NCBI GenBank assembly: GCA_965223795.1
Contig: CBDCXL010000002.1
Span: 2,912,001 to 2,976,000 of the forward strand
Source of the DNA: Nitrospinales bacterium
GTDB taxonomy: Bacteria; Nitrospinota; Nitrospinia; Nitrospinales; VA-1
DNA: 64,000 bases
Direction: 5' to 3'
Shown: in pieces, positions 39,094 to 47,538 of the stretch
Layout: each line of letters begins with the position of its first letter
Numbering within the stretch: position 1 is the stretch's first letter
Notes under the pieces: generated by a model
The model's input: the letters and a program-made list of their open reading frames with translations, nothing else
Told to the model about the DNA's origin: nothing
Database searches by the model: none
Made by a program: the position numbers and the translations under genes

Positions 39094-41229
39094 ATGGAAC
39101 TGTCCAAAAAAGTGAGTCAATTGCAGGCCGTCGACTGCCTGAGCTCCCTGCCGAAGGAAAGCATCGAGAACCTGGCTTCGCAATGCGAGGAAGTGAACCT
39201 GGAACCCGATAAAACGGTGTTCGAGGACGGCGAACCGGGAGAGTCGATGTACATCGTTCTCTCGGGAATGGTGGGGGTGTTTAAAAAGAAGAAAAAAATC
39301 GCCACACGCGGGCCGGGAGAATTCATCGGCGAGATGGCGCTATTGCAATCCGGCCCCCGCTCGGCCACCGCCCGTGCGATTTCCGACACCTGCCTGCTGG
39401 AAATCCGCAAAGACCACTTTCATTCGTATCTGACGTCCAATTCGCAGGCGCTGTTCACGGTGCTCAAAACCCTGAGCGACCGCTCGCGGCAGGATCTCGA
39501 AAAGCTCGACAAAAGCTACGTCCAGCTGCAGGTTCAGGAAAAACTGTCCAAGAGCCTGATGCAGATCCTCGACAATTCCACAAACGAAATCTACATCTTC
39601 GATTCCGCGTCGCTGCATTTCGTCCAGACCAATGCCTGTGCCCGGAACCACATCGGCTACAGCGTGGACGAATTGAAAAACATGACCCCGGCGGACCTCA
39701 TCGAGGACATTCCGCTCGAGGAATTGAAGGGGACGCTGGATCTGCTGCTGAACGAGATCAAGACACAGCACACGTTCAAGGCCACGCACCGCAGAAAAGA
39801 CGGCACGACGTATCCGGTGGAAATCCGTCTGGCGATGGTGCCCTCGGAGACCCTGCCGCTGTTCGTGGCGCACGTTCAGGATCAGACCGAGCGCAAGCTG
39901 ATGGAGGACAAGATCGACAACATCACCTACCGCGATGCACTCACCGGGCTGCCGAACCGCAAGTATTTTGTCGACAGCCTGAACCTCGCCATCGAGGACG
40001 CCGGGCGCAGCAATCAGGAAATCGCCGTCATGTGCCTCGATCTGGACAATTTCCGGTCGGTCAACGACGCGATGGGCCGCGAGGCGGGCGACCTTCTGAT
40101 CAAAGAACTGGCCCAGCACTTGCAAAACCATTTCCGCAAGCTGGATCTGGTCGCCCATGCGGGAGGAGACGGGTTTCTCGTCATGCTGCGGGAGACCCGC
40201 GGCGAAGCGCAGGTCACCCAGGCCGCGGAACGCTTTATAGAAAGCCTGAAAACGCCGTTTGAGATCCTGGGGAGCAACATTCCCTGCACCTTCAGCATCG
40301 GCATCGCACGCTTTCCCGACCAGGGCATCACCGCCCAGGACATCCTGATGCAGGCGGAAACCGCCCTCTACGCCGCCAAAGATAAAGGCAAAAACACCTT
40401 CCTGCATTTCGATTCTTCACAACTGGTGCAGGCGGCGAAATTCCTCGATATCGAACGGGGCCTGGTGCACGCACTGGAAAACGACGAGCTGCTGCTGCAT
40501 TATCAGCCGACTGTAGATCTCAAGACCGGCAAGATCATGGGGTTCGAGGCGCTGTGCCGCTGGAACCATCCGGAAAAGGGCATGATTTCGCCGGCAGAGT
40601 TCATTCCGGTGGCGGAGAAGAGCCAGCTCATCCTGCCCATTGGAGACTGGGTGCTCAAAACCGCCTGCCAGCAGTTTCAAACCTGGCAGGAGATGGGCAT
40701 CGACCTCGAATACATCGCGGTGAATTTTTCCGGCGTGCAGTTCAACAGCGAAAACCCCGTGCCGCGGGTGTCGAAGATCATGCAGGATTTGGGCATGAAC
40801 CCCCGGCATCTGGAGCTGGAGATCACCGAAACCGTGTTGACGGGCAACTCGGAAGCGGCCATCGCCACGCTGCAGGAACTCAGCGATCTGGGAATTTTCC
40901 TCGCCATCGACGATTTCGGCACCGGCTATTCCTCGCTCACGTATCTCAGCCGGCTGCCGGTGGACACCCTGAAGATCGACCTTTCTTTCGTGAAGAACCT
41001 GCAGGAGCCGACCAACGCGATCATTGCAAAGACCATCGTCGCCCTGGGCAAGGGGCTCAACATGAAAACGGTCGCCGAAGGCGTCGAGACCGAGGACCAG
41101 AAAGCCCACCTGCAGTCGTTCGGCTGCGATCTGATGCAGGGCTATCTTTTCAGCAAGCCCCTGCCCGAAGAAGAAGCCACCCGGCTGCTGCAGGAGAATG
41201 CCGACCGCTCCGCACAGCCATCCCCCTGA
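39094..41229 (+). CDS. cNMP-PAS-GGDEF(degenerate)-EAL protein, likely c-di-GMP phosphodiesterase
   Basis: GEFIGEM..RSATA, DALTGLPNR, GGDGF in place of GGDEF, FEALCRW and IDDFGTGYSSL. Confidence 0.9.
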   Translation: MELSKKVSQLQAVDCLSSLPKESIENLASQCEEVNLEPDKTVFEDGEPGESMYIVLSGMVGVFKKKKKIATRGPGEFIGEMALLQSGPRSATARAISDTCLLEIRKDHFHSYLTSNSQALFTVLKTLSDRSRQDLEKLDKSYVQLQVQEKLSKSLMQILDNSTNEIYIFDSASLHFVQTNACARNHIGYSVDELKNMTPADLIEDIPLEELKGTLDLLLNEIKTQHTFKATHRRKDGTTYPVEIRLAMVPSETLPLFVAHVQDQTERKLMEDKIDNITYRDALTGLPNRKYFVDSLNLAIEDAGRSNQEIAVMCLDLDNFRSVNDAMGREAGDLLIKELAQHLQNHFRKLDLVAHAGGDGFLVMLRETRGEAQVTQAAERFIESLKTPFEILGSNIPCTFSIGIARFPDQGITAQDILMQAETALYAAKDKGKNTFLHFDSSQLVQAAKFLDIERGLVHALENDELLLHYQPTVDLKTGKIMGFEALCRWNHPEKGMISPAEFIPVAEKSQLILPIGDWVLKTACQQFQTWQEMGIDLEYIAVNFSGVQFNSENPVPRVSKIMQDLGMNPRHLELEITETVLTGNSEAAIATLQELSDLGIFLAIDDFGTGYSSLTYLSRLPVDTLKIDLSFVKNLQEPTNAIIAKTIVALGKGLNMKTVAEGVETEDQKAHLQSFGCDLMQGYLFSKPLPEEEATRLLQENADRSAQPSP

Positions 41230-41438
41230 GCGTCATCTCAGGGCCCGCAACCGGCCGCAAAATCCTTCAAAAAGCGTCCCTAAATATACCCCGTTTTGGG
41301 TATCAAGTTTGTATCGCCCGGTTTACAAAAAGTGTCCATTTTCACCTCTTTCTTTCTCTCCTTTTTTTAAGGTGCGTTTGCGGCACCTGAAATTCCCTGA
41401 AAAACGGCCTTCAATTTTTGCCCTTTCGGGCGTCGAAC

Positions 41439-41455
41439 TTGGCATTGCAATTGCA
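41439..41455 (+). promoter_or_regulatory. Sigma-54 (-24/-12) promoter
   Basis: TTGGCATTGCAATTGCA has GG-N10-GC spacing and sits upstream of the FecR-domain gene. Confidence 0.65.
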
Positions 41456-41584
41456 CTAACCATAGGTGTGAATCTATGACTTCACCTCAGCTACCCCGTC
41501 GTGCGGGGAGCCGGGGTTTCGAGTTTTTTTAGCCGATTTTCGAATCTTTATATAAAACGCAGTCTTTCTTGGAGGAAGAAAGCA

Positions 41585-43120
41585 ATGAAAACGCAAGCGA
41601 ACCACAAACAGAATTTGAAGGCGGCGGGGCTTTTGGCCCTGTTCTTCTTCGCCCTGACCCTGGTGCAGCCTGTGCCCGGGGCCTTCGCTGCGCTCAGCAG
41701 CGACGATCAGATCAACCGCATCGATTTCGTGCACATGATGGTGCAGAACCAGCCCGAAAGCCCGCTGCTTCCGGATGGTGTTGCGAGTCTTTCCAAGCGC
41801 GAGATCTATGAGGAAGTGAAGAAAAGCCTGGATATGCTCGGTGTGAACGTCCTGAAGGACAAATCGCCCCTTATGCCGGTGACGCAGCAGGAATTCGTGC
41901 GCCTGGCGTACGCGTTTTCCGGTGGCGAATCAGGCAAAAACCTGTATGAGCAGAAGATGTATCTCAAGCAGGCGGGCTTGCTGAAAACCGCGGACGTCGG
42001 TCTGACGACCGGCCTCGACGGCAAGCTGTACCAGACCCACAAGGGACAGTCCGGTAAAAAGGAAGCCGAGCTGGCTTCGCCGGTGTTCATGAGCGACCGG
42101 CTGGAAACCGACTATTCGTCCAAAGCCATCTTCACCTTCGACGATCAGAGCACGCTCACCATGAGTGAGGACGCGACGGTCAACATCAGCAAGCACATCT
42201 ACGATCCCGATGTGGACCTGCGCCAGACGGTGCTCAAGGCCACCGAGGGCGCGGTGCGGTTCGCCGTGACCAAGGGCAAAGCCAAAGGCTCCATGTTTAA
42301 AGTGGAAACGCCGACCGCCACCGCAGGTGTGCGCGGCACGGAGTTCGTTGTTCTGCTGGATGAAAACGGCAAGACCACCTTCGTGACCCTGGAAGGGCAG
42401 ATCGAGACCAAATCGAATCTCCCCGGGAATCAGGATAAATCCTTTCTGGTGTCCGCCGGCCAGTACCAGGAATTCCTTGAAAACGGAACCGTGACGCCGG
42501 TCCGCAAGGCGCCTCCTGGACTCATCAAGGAAGTCATGCGCAAGACCACCAAGCCCAAGCGGATGGCGCTGGCCAAAGGTATTGGCAAGAACATCGCCAA
42601 GCAGGCGGCCAAAAACGCTGCCAAGCAGGCATCAAAAGCCATCAAGGATCAGTTCAAGAGCGACACCAGAGCTGCACGCGATGCGTTCAAGGCCGAAAGA
42701 AAGGCTCTGCGTGCTGCCATGAAAGCGGAATGGGAAGCGCTCAAGGACGCGTCTCCGGAAGTGAAAAAAGCGTTCCGGCAGTCGTATCGGGAGAAGATGA
42801 AAGGCTCCCGTGATACGTTCAAATCCAGCATGGATTCGGCGCGCATGGCTAAAATGTCGGCCAAGAACGCGGCAAAGGATGCAGCGAAAGGTGCCGCCAA
42901 AACGGCAGCGAAAGGCGCTGCAAAAAATGCCGCCAAAGTAGCCGCTAAGGATGCCGCCAAGTCGGCCGCGAAGGATGCGGCTAAAGGTGCTGCAAAAGAT
43001 GCCGCCAAAGGCGCTGCCAAGTCGGCTGCGAAAGATGCAGCAAAGGATGCGGCGAAACAGGTGGTGAAAGAAACCGGAAACGGCAAGGGCAAAGGCAAGG
43101 GATTGGGAGGTTTGCTGTAG
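41585..43120 (+). CDS. Exported FecR-domain protein with Ala/Lys repeat tail
   Basis: Signal peptide, VETPTATAGVRGTEF FecR motif and C-terminal AAKx repeats. Confidence 0.8.
   Translation: MKTQANHKQNLKAAGLLALFFFALTLVQPVPGAFAALSSDDQINRIDFVHMMVQNQPESPLLPDGVASLSKREIYEEVKKSLDMLGVNVLKDKSPLMPVTQQEFVRLAYAFSGGESGKNLYEQKMYLKQAGLLKTADVGLTTGLDGKLYQTHKGQSGKKEAELASPVFMSDRLETDYSSKAIFTFDDQSTLTMSEDATVNISKHIYDPDVDLRQTVLKATEGAVRFAVTKGKAKGSMFKVETPTATAGVRGTEFVVLLDENGKTTFVTLEGQIETKSNLPGNQDKSFLVSAGQYQEFLENGTVTPVRKAPPGLIKEVMRKTTKPKRMALAKGIGKNIAKQAAKNAAKQASKAIKDQFKSDTRAARDAFKAERKALRAAMKAEWEALKDASPEVKKAFRQSYREKMKGSRDTFKSSMDSARMAKMSAKNAAKDAAKGAAKTAAKGAAKNAAKVAAKDAAKSAAKDAAKGAAKDAAKGAAKSAAKDAAKDAAKQVVKETGNGKGKGKGLGGLL
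42857..43060 (+). repeat. Coding tandem repeat, 12-bp/4-aa unit (AAKx, 16 consecutive copies)
   Basis: NAAKDAAKGAAKTAAKG... with varied synonymous codons. Confidence 0.9.
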
Positions 43121-43168
43121 TTCCCGGCTCTTCCGTTTTTAACATTTTAAACGTTGAGTTTGCTTGCG

Positions 43169-43201
43169 ACCGGGTCCGCTTTGGCGGGCCCGGTTTTTTT
43201 T
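43169..43201 (+). terminator. Intrinsic terminator
   Basis: ACCGGGTCCGC-TTTG-GCGGGCCCGGT followed by a T-run. Confidence 0.85.
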
Positions 43202-43285
43202 CGTTTTAGCGAAACGAAAAGCATTGGTAGAGGGATATTTTACGGTATAATGCCGCAAAATCACTGAGATAACTAGTCTTACCCA

Positions 43286-44680
43286 ATGCCTCCTGTTCGT
43301 TTCGTCCGTGTCGCCTTTATTGGCACAGTGATAATCATCCTGCTCTCATTGGGCCTGCTTCCCATCTGGGCGCAGGAATCCGCCGAGGATTTGTATTCCC
43401 GGGGGCTCGGCCACCTGGACGCGAAGGACTTCGAAAAGGCTGCCCGGATCATCAACGATGCGCTGGCCCTGAAAGACAATCTGGAAGGCGCCCGCCTCAA
43501 CCTCGGCATCGCCTATTTTCAACTCGGCAAATACGAGGAAGCCCTCCAGATCCTGAACGAAGCCCTGGTGCAACGTCCCAGCGGCACGCTGCATTTCTTT
43601 ACGGCGCTGACCTACCAGGGCAAGAAGGAACACACGCAATCCATCCATCATTTCGAGGAAGCGGCGCGGCTGGACAGCGAGTACGACCAGCTTTCCGCCT
43701 ACAACATCGGGCTGGCGCATTTTCATCAAGGCAACCGGGAGCTTTCCGCCAAGGCGCTGAACGACGCGATCCAGTACGATCCCAAGACCGAGATCGCCAA
43801 AGAAGCGGAAAAAATGCTCAAGGCGGTCGAATCGAAAAAAGAGAAGAAACGTCTTTCCTTATCCGCCTCGGTCGGTCTGGAATACGACGACAACATCACG
43901 GTGGATGAGCTGGACCAGACCACCAATCTCGACGATTTTTCCACGGTGTACGAATTTTCCGGTGCGTACAAACTGCTCGCGGGCGAGAAATACGAAGTGG
44001 AAGCGGGTTACGATTTTTACCAGAGCATCCACGACGACCTGTCGGCATTCGATATGCAGTCGCACCTGTTCACCCTGACCGGTTCGCGCGAGGTTTGGGG
44101 CGTGGATCTGGGGCTCAATACGATCTACAACCGCACCATCCTGGGAGGCGACAAGCTATTGGAGATCCATTCCGCTTCCCCCAGCGTCGGGGGCTTCCTG
44201 CTTCCCACCGTGTACACGACGCTCAACTACGCCTATCGGGACATCAACTTTTTCGATTCTCCCGACCGCGACAGCCAGAACCACGGCGTCGGCATCAACA
44301 ACTACCTGTTTTTCATGGGCAGCAAGGGCTTCGTGAACGTGGGCTACACCTTCGAGAATGAAATCACCACGGGGCGGGAGTTCGGCTATTTCGGCCACTT
44401 CGTGACGTCGGGCGTGCGCACACCGATACCGGGAACCGACTGGGACACGCGGGTGAGTCTGGGCTACCGGTATTTTTTCAAGGATTACAAGAAGGTCACC
44501 GCCAGCATCGGCGAAGAACGCGCCGATCACCGGCACACCATCCTGTTTGGCGTCGAGCAGCCGCTGTTTAAATTCCTCAAACTGAAGCTCGACTACCAGT
44601 ACATCAACAGCACCTCCAACCTGGCTTCCTCGGATTTCGACGAGAACATCGTCAACTTTTCCCTGTCCGCGCATTATTAG
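43286..44680 (+). CDS. TPR protein with C-terminal outer-membrane beta-barrel (Slam-like architecture)
   Basis: Signal peptide, TPR helices (NLGIAYFQLGKYEEA), GLEYDDN, amphipathic strands and a terminal aromatic residue. Confidence 0.75.
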   Translation: MPPVRFVRVAFIGTVIIILLSLGLLPIWAQESAEDLYSRGLGHLDAKDFEKAARIINDALALKDNLEGARLNLGIAYFQLGKYEEALQILNEALVQRPSGTLHFFTALTYQGKKEHTQSIHHFEEAARLDSEYDQLSAYNIGLAHFHQGNRELSAKALNDAIQYDPKTEIAKEAEKMLKAVESKKEKKRLSLSASVGLEYDDNITVDELDQTTNLDDFSTVYEFSGAYKLLAGEKYEVEAGYDFYQSIHDDLSAFDMQSHLFTLTGSREVWGVDLGLNTIYNRTILGGDKLLEIHSASPSVGGFLLPTVYTTLNYAYRDINFFDSPDRDSQNHGVGINNYLFFMGSKGFVNVGYTFENEITTGREFGYFGHFVTSGVRTPIPGTDWDTRVSLGYRYFFKDYKKVTASIGEERADHRHTILFGVEQPLFKFLKLKLDYQYINSTSNLASSDFDENIVNFSLSAHY

Positions 44681-44826
44681 GCAAAGCGAATTCCGCCTGT
44701 CGGAACTTGGCTTGAGCCGTCCTTTATATGCAAAAATCTGAAAAGGGAATGCTGCAGGGGGGAATTGCGGGAAACGTTGTGCTTTGCGGTGAAGCGGTTC
44801 GCGGTGTGCGCAACCGCCTTTCGAAT

Positions 44827-44876
44827 AGAGTAGCCCCAAGGGGAATCGAACCCCTGTTTCCGGCGTGAGAGGCCGG
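44827..44876 (-). repeat. att-like 50-bp copy of the tRNA-Glu 3' part
   Basis: Identical to 63543-63592; the 5' part of the tRNA is absent here. Confidence 0.95.
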
Positions 44877-45052
44877 AAACCTAGCATAAGGACGCTATAT
44901 TAGAAACCAGAAACCCCTGTCTTTTTAGTGATTTAACTGTTTTTGGATTTTGAGGATGCCCAAAAATACGGTTGCCCTTTGGTTGCCCCCGGTTCTCAAA
45001 ATGGTTTGGTAGGCCGAAAACCCCCCCCCTCACGCCCTCTACACCGTTTTCC

Positions 45053-45439
45053 TCATCCCCGTTGAGGGAACGGAATCATGTTTGACGGTGTCATTTTTGA
45101 CGGTTCCTCCTGCACTTCCTTAATGATTTCCTTAAATGCCTTCAAGCCCGCGTGTGCCGCCAGGACGTTTGTATTCATGTACACGGCAAAATCCTCGTCC
45201 GGGGTATCGTTAAAAAATTTTGACGCATTGTAGGACAACTCTTCCGCTAAATGTGTCGTCAACAAGGCTTCGTTTTCTAAATACAAATAATCCTTTTCCC
45301 TGAGATCATCCATAGGGACCGAATCAAAATCCATCAATTTTCCTTTTTCTGTCAACCACTGCTTCTTTAACGCCCTTTTGGGGGATTGCTGTAGTTTATC
45401 CTCCCCCTTCAATAAAATAGTTAAATCCGTCAGATCCAA
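45053..45439 (-). CDS. AT-rich hypothetical protein, possible mobile-element remnant
   Basis: Visibly lower GC than its neighbours, adjacent to the att copy, no recognised motif. Confidence 0.5.
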   Translation of the reverse strand: MDLTDLTILLKGEDKLQQSPKRALKKQWLTEKGKLMDFDSVPMDDLREKDYLYLENEALLTTHLAEELSYNASKFFNDTPDEDFAVYMNTNVLAAHAGLKAFKEIIKEVQEEPSKMTPSNMIPFPQRG

Positions 45440-45495
45440 TTCAATCGTCGTCCGGAACTCAGACGTCCGTTTAAATCACTCCCTTCTCTTGACTG

Positions 45496-46521
45496 TCAGA
45501 TCCGCTCCTTGCACACGGAGATGGAGATCACAGAACGGGTCACGCGGCTTCTACCCAGATAAACGGTGACGATCAGCCAGAGCGCGGATAAAACCAGCAG
45601 CGACTCCGGCTGACCCAGTTGCTCCACGCCCAGAGCAAGCGCGATCGGAAACGGTTGTGGGGGAGATGCCGCGAACACCGTGGCGAAGCCGAGCGCGATC
45701 GCCGCCAGAGGCAGGATCTGATAGACGTTCCAATTGCCTGTGCCGCGGTGATCGGAACGGAAGAACTCCGACACGAACCGCCAGGCCTGGGACACGGTCA
45801 GGCTGACTAAAAACGCCGCAGCAAAATGGGACAGGGAAAACAGAATCCAGCCGGCGAACGCGCCCGCCAGGCTGATTCCAGCGGTCAGTGCCTGGATGGG
45901 CACTACGGGAATGTCATCCCATCCGTTTTCATAGGCGATCTTCTTGGTCTCACCGTGAAAAACAAAGTGAAACTGCGCGAACAGTCTGCGCAGCAGGGGA
46001 GGGCTCTTGTCGAGCGGTTTGCCGTAGCAGCAGCCGAAGCTGATGCAGGCCAGCCTTCCCAGACCCTCGCCGACGCAGTAGCTGATGGTGAGCGCGGCGA
46101 GGATCGCCAGCATTTTGCCCTGTTGTCCGGCGAGCAGGATGGCGGGGTAGCTGGCTAAAAGTCCGGCGAACGAGGCAGCTCCGGTTGAAAAAGTGTTATC
46201 TTTCTTTTCGATCCAGCCAGCGAGAATGCGCGCGGCGGGCAGGCTGAACAGCAGGACGGCGGTCAAAATGAGCCCTACCGCGGCGGCGGCGATCCCCACA
46301 CTTGCGGTCAACACCACAAACACCACGGCGGCGGCCAGCACGCTGTTGGCCACCAGAACGCCGTACCAGGTGAGGTTGATTCCCTGCCAGCTGCCGCAGT
46401 CCAGCTTTTTGACCGGGAACACAGCCAGGAACTGCCGGTTCTCTTTGGGCAGCACCCGCACGCCCCAGACGAGATAGGCGATGCAGGCGATGAAAAAAAC
46501 CGCGGTGATGATCGCGTTCAT
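45496..46521 (-). CDS. Divergent prolipoprotein diacylglyceryl transferase (Lgt) family membrane protein
   Basis: WYG, GLGRLACISFGCCYG and RFVSEFFR motifs; no HGG motif. Confidence 0.8.
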   Translation of the reverse strand: MNAIITAVFFIACIAYLVWGVRVLPKENRQFLAVFPVKKLDCGSWQGINLTWYGVLVANSVLAAAVVFVVLTASVGIAAAAVGLILTAVLLFSLPAARILAGWIEKKDNTFSTGAASFAGLLASYPAILLAGQQGKMLAILAALTISYCVGEGLGRLACISFGCCYGKPLDKSPPLLRRLFAQFHFVFHGETKKIAYENGWDDIPVVPIQALTAGISLAGAFAGWILFSLSHFAAAFLVSLTVSQAWRFVSEFFRSDHRGTGNWNVYQILPLAAIALGFATVFAASPPQPFPIALALGVEQLGQPESLLVLSALWLIVTVYLGRSRVTRSVISISVCKERI

Positions 46522-46530
46522 GGTTTTGCC

Positions 46531-47538
46531 TCAGTCAAGGATTTTTTCGGCGACCGGGGAGCGGGTTTTCACGTCGGTTTCGACGAGCGTGCGGTCGAAG
46601 TTCAGCGAGAAGCGGCTCTGCGCTTCCGGATGGCGCAGGTTTGCCAGAATGGTGGCGTCGAACCGGACCCTGCCTTTCTGGAAGATGAGGACGGTGGTGC
46701 TGCTTCCCGGCCGGAACAGGCTTTTCGGCTGCCCCCGGCGCAGGAACAGGCCGCGCTCCAAAGGACGCGGGTCTTCGTAGCGCTCCCCGCTATAACACTG
46801 CCGGATCTCGCCGATCATCAGGGCCACCACCTCGATCATCGCCACGGGACCGACACCGCTGCCTCCGGGAGCGTCGGTGTCGATCACGGTCACCATGCGC
46901 TTGTTCTTGGAAAACGGCGTGACCAGCCGGACGATCGCTCCCGGATTGCAGGAATGGTAGTCGCCGTCGATGGCGTAATGGTCGATGACGATTCCGGAAA
47001 CGGGAGCGTGATTATAATGATACTTTTCCGGCGTCAGGCGGAAGATGGCAAAATCCCCGCCCTGGAATGCGTTCAGCCACTGCCGCTTGTCGCATCCCAA
47101 CAGCTCGTTGAAATGGAAGAATTTTTCTTTCAGCCAAAGATCGGAGGTTTCGCGGAAGGACCCCACCAGTACCCTGGAGTCGGCCGGAGACACGACAACG
47201 CTCTCTTCGCGCGGCATGGACCGGGTGTCCCAGTAGCGGATCTTGCGCTCGAAGATCTTTTCAGGCGTGTCGTAGTACGCGCGCGGCTTGAGGCATTCGT
47301 CCCAATCGACGCCGCCGTTTGAAAGCATTCTGGAATTTCCGGACAGCCGCGCGCCGAGGCGCGTCCGGTAATTCAGGAAACCCAGAACCGTGGAGATGCG
47401 GGGGCCGGTGAGAGCCCTGAAGACGAAGGGGGCCTTTTCCCGCACGGCGGAATAGAGCCAGCGCACGATGGGGTCCCCAAACAGTTTTTCATCCACCACC
47501 TTACCGGTGGTGCCGTCAATATACTGATGCGTCGTCAT
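46531..47538 (-). CDS. Phosphatidylserine decarboxylase family proenzyme
   Basis: VVSPADS, FRLTPEKYHYNHAPVSG and PGSSTTV self-cleavage loop. Confidence 0.85.
   Translation of the reverse strand: MTTHQYIDGTTGKVVDEKLFGDPIVRWLYSAVREKAPFVFRALTGPRISTVLGFLNYRTRLGARLSGNSRMLSNGGVDWDECLKPRAYYDTPEKIFERKIRYWDTRSMPREESVVVSPADSRVLVGSFRETSDLWLKEKFFHFNELLGCDKRQWLNAFQGGDFAIFRLTPEKYHYNHAPVSGIVIDHYAIDGDYHSCNPGAIVRLVTPFSKNKRMVTVIDTDAPGGSGVGPVAMIEVVALMIGEIRQCYSGERYEDPRPLERGLFLRRGQPKSLFRPGSSTTVLIFQKGRVRFDATILANLRHPEAQSRFSLNFDRTLVETDVKTRSPVAEKILD

Noticed and set aside
41470..41535. Hairpin in the leader of the FecR gene as a riboswitch
   Set aside because: A CCCCG/CGGGG stem exists, but I cannot match it to a known riboswitch consensus; an Rfam scan would be needed.
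42857..43060. Periodic repeat considered as a CRISPR or non-coding array
   Set aside because: It is a 12-bp in-frame coding repeat with no spacers. No CRISPR array or cas gene was seen in the window.
44827..44876. Second tRNA-Glu gene, and ORF 44156-44887 running through it
   Set aside because: It lacks the 5' acceptor strand and D-arm, so it is an att copy; the ORF is antisense to the TPR-barrel gene.
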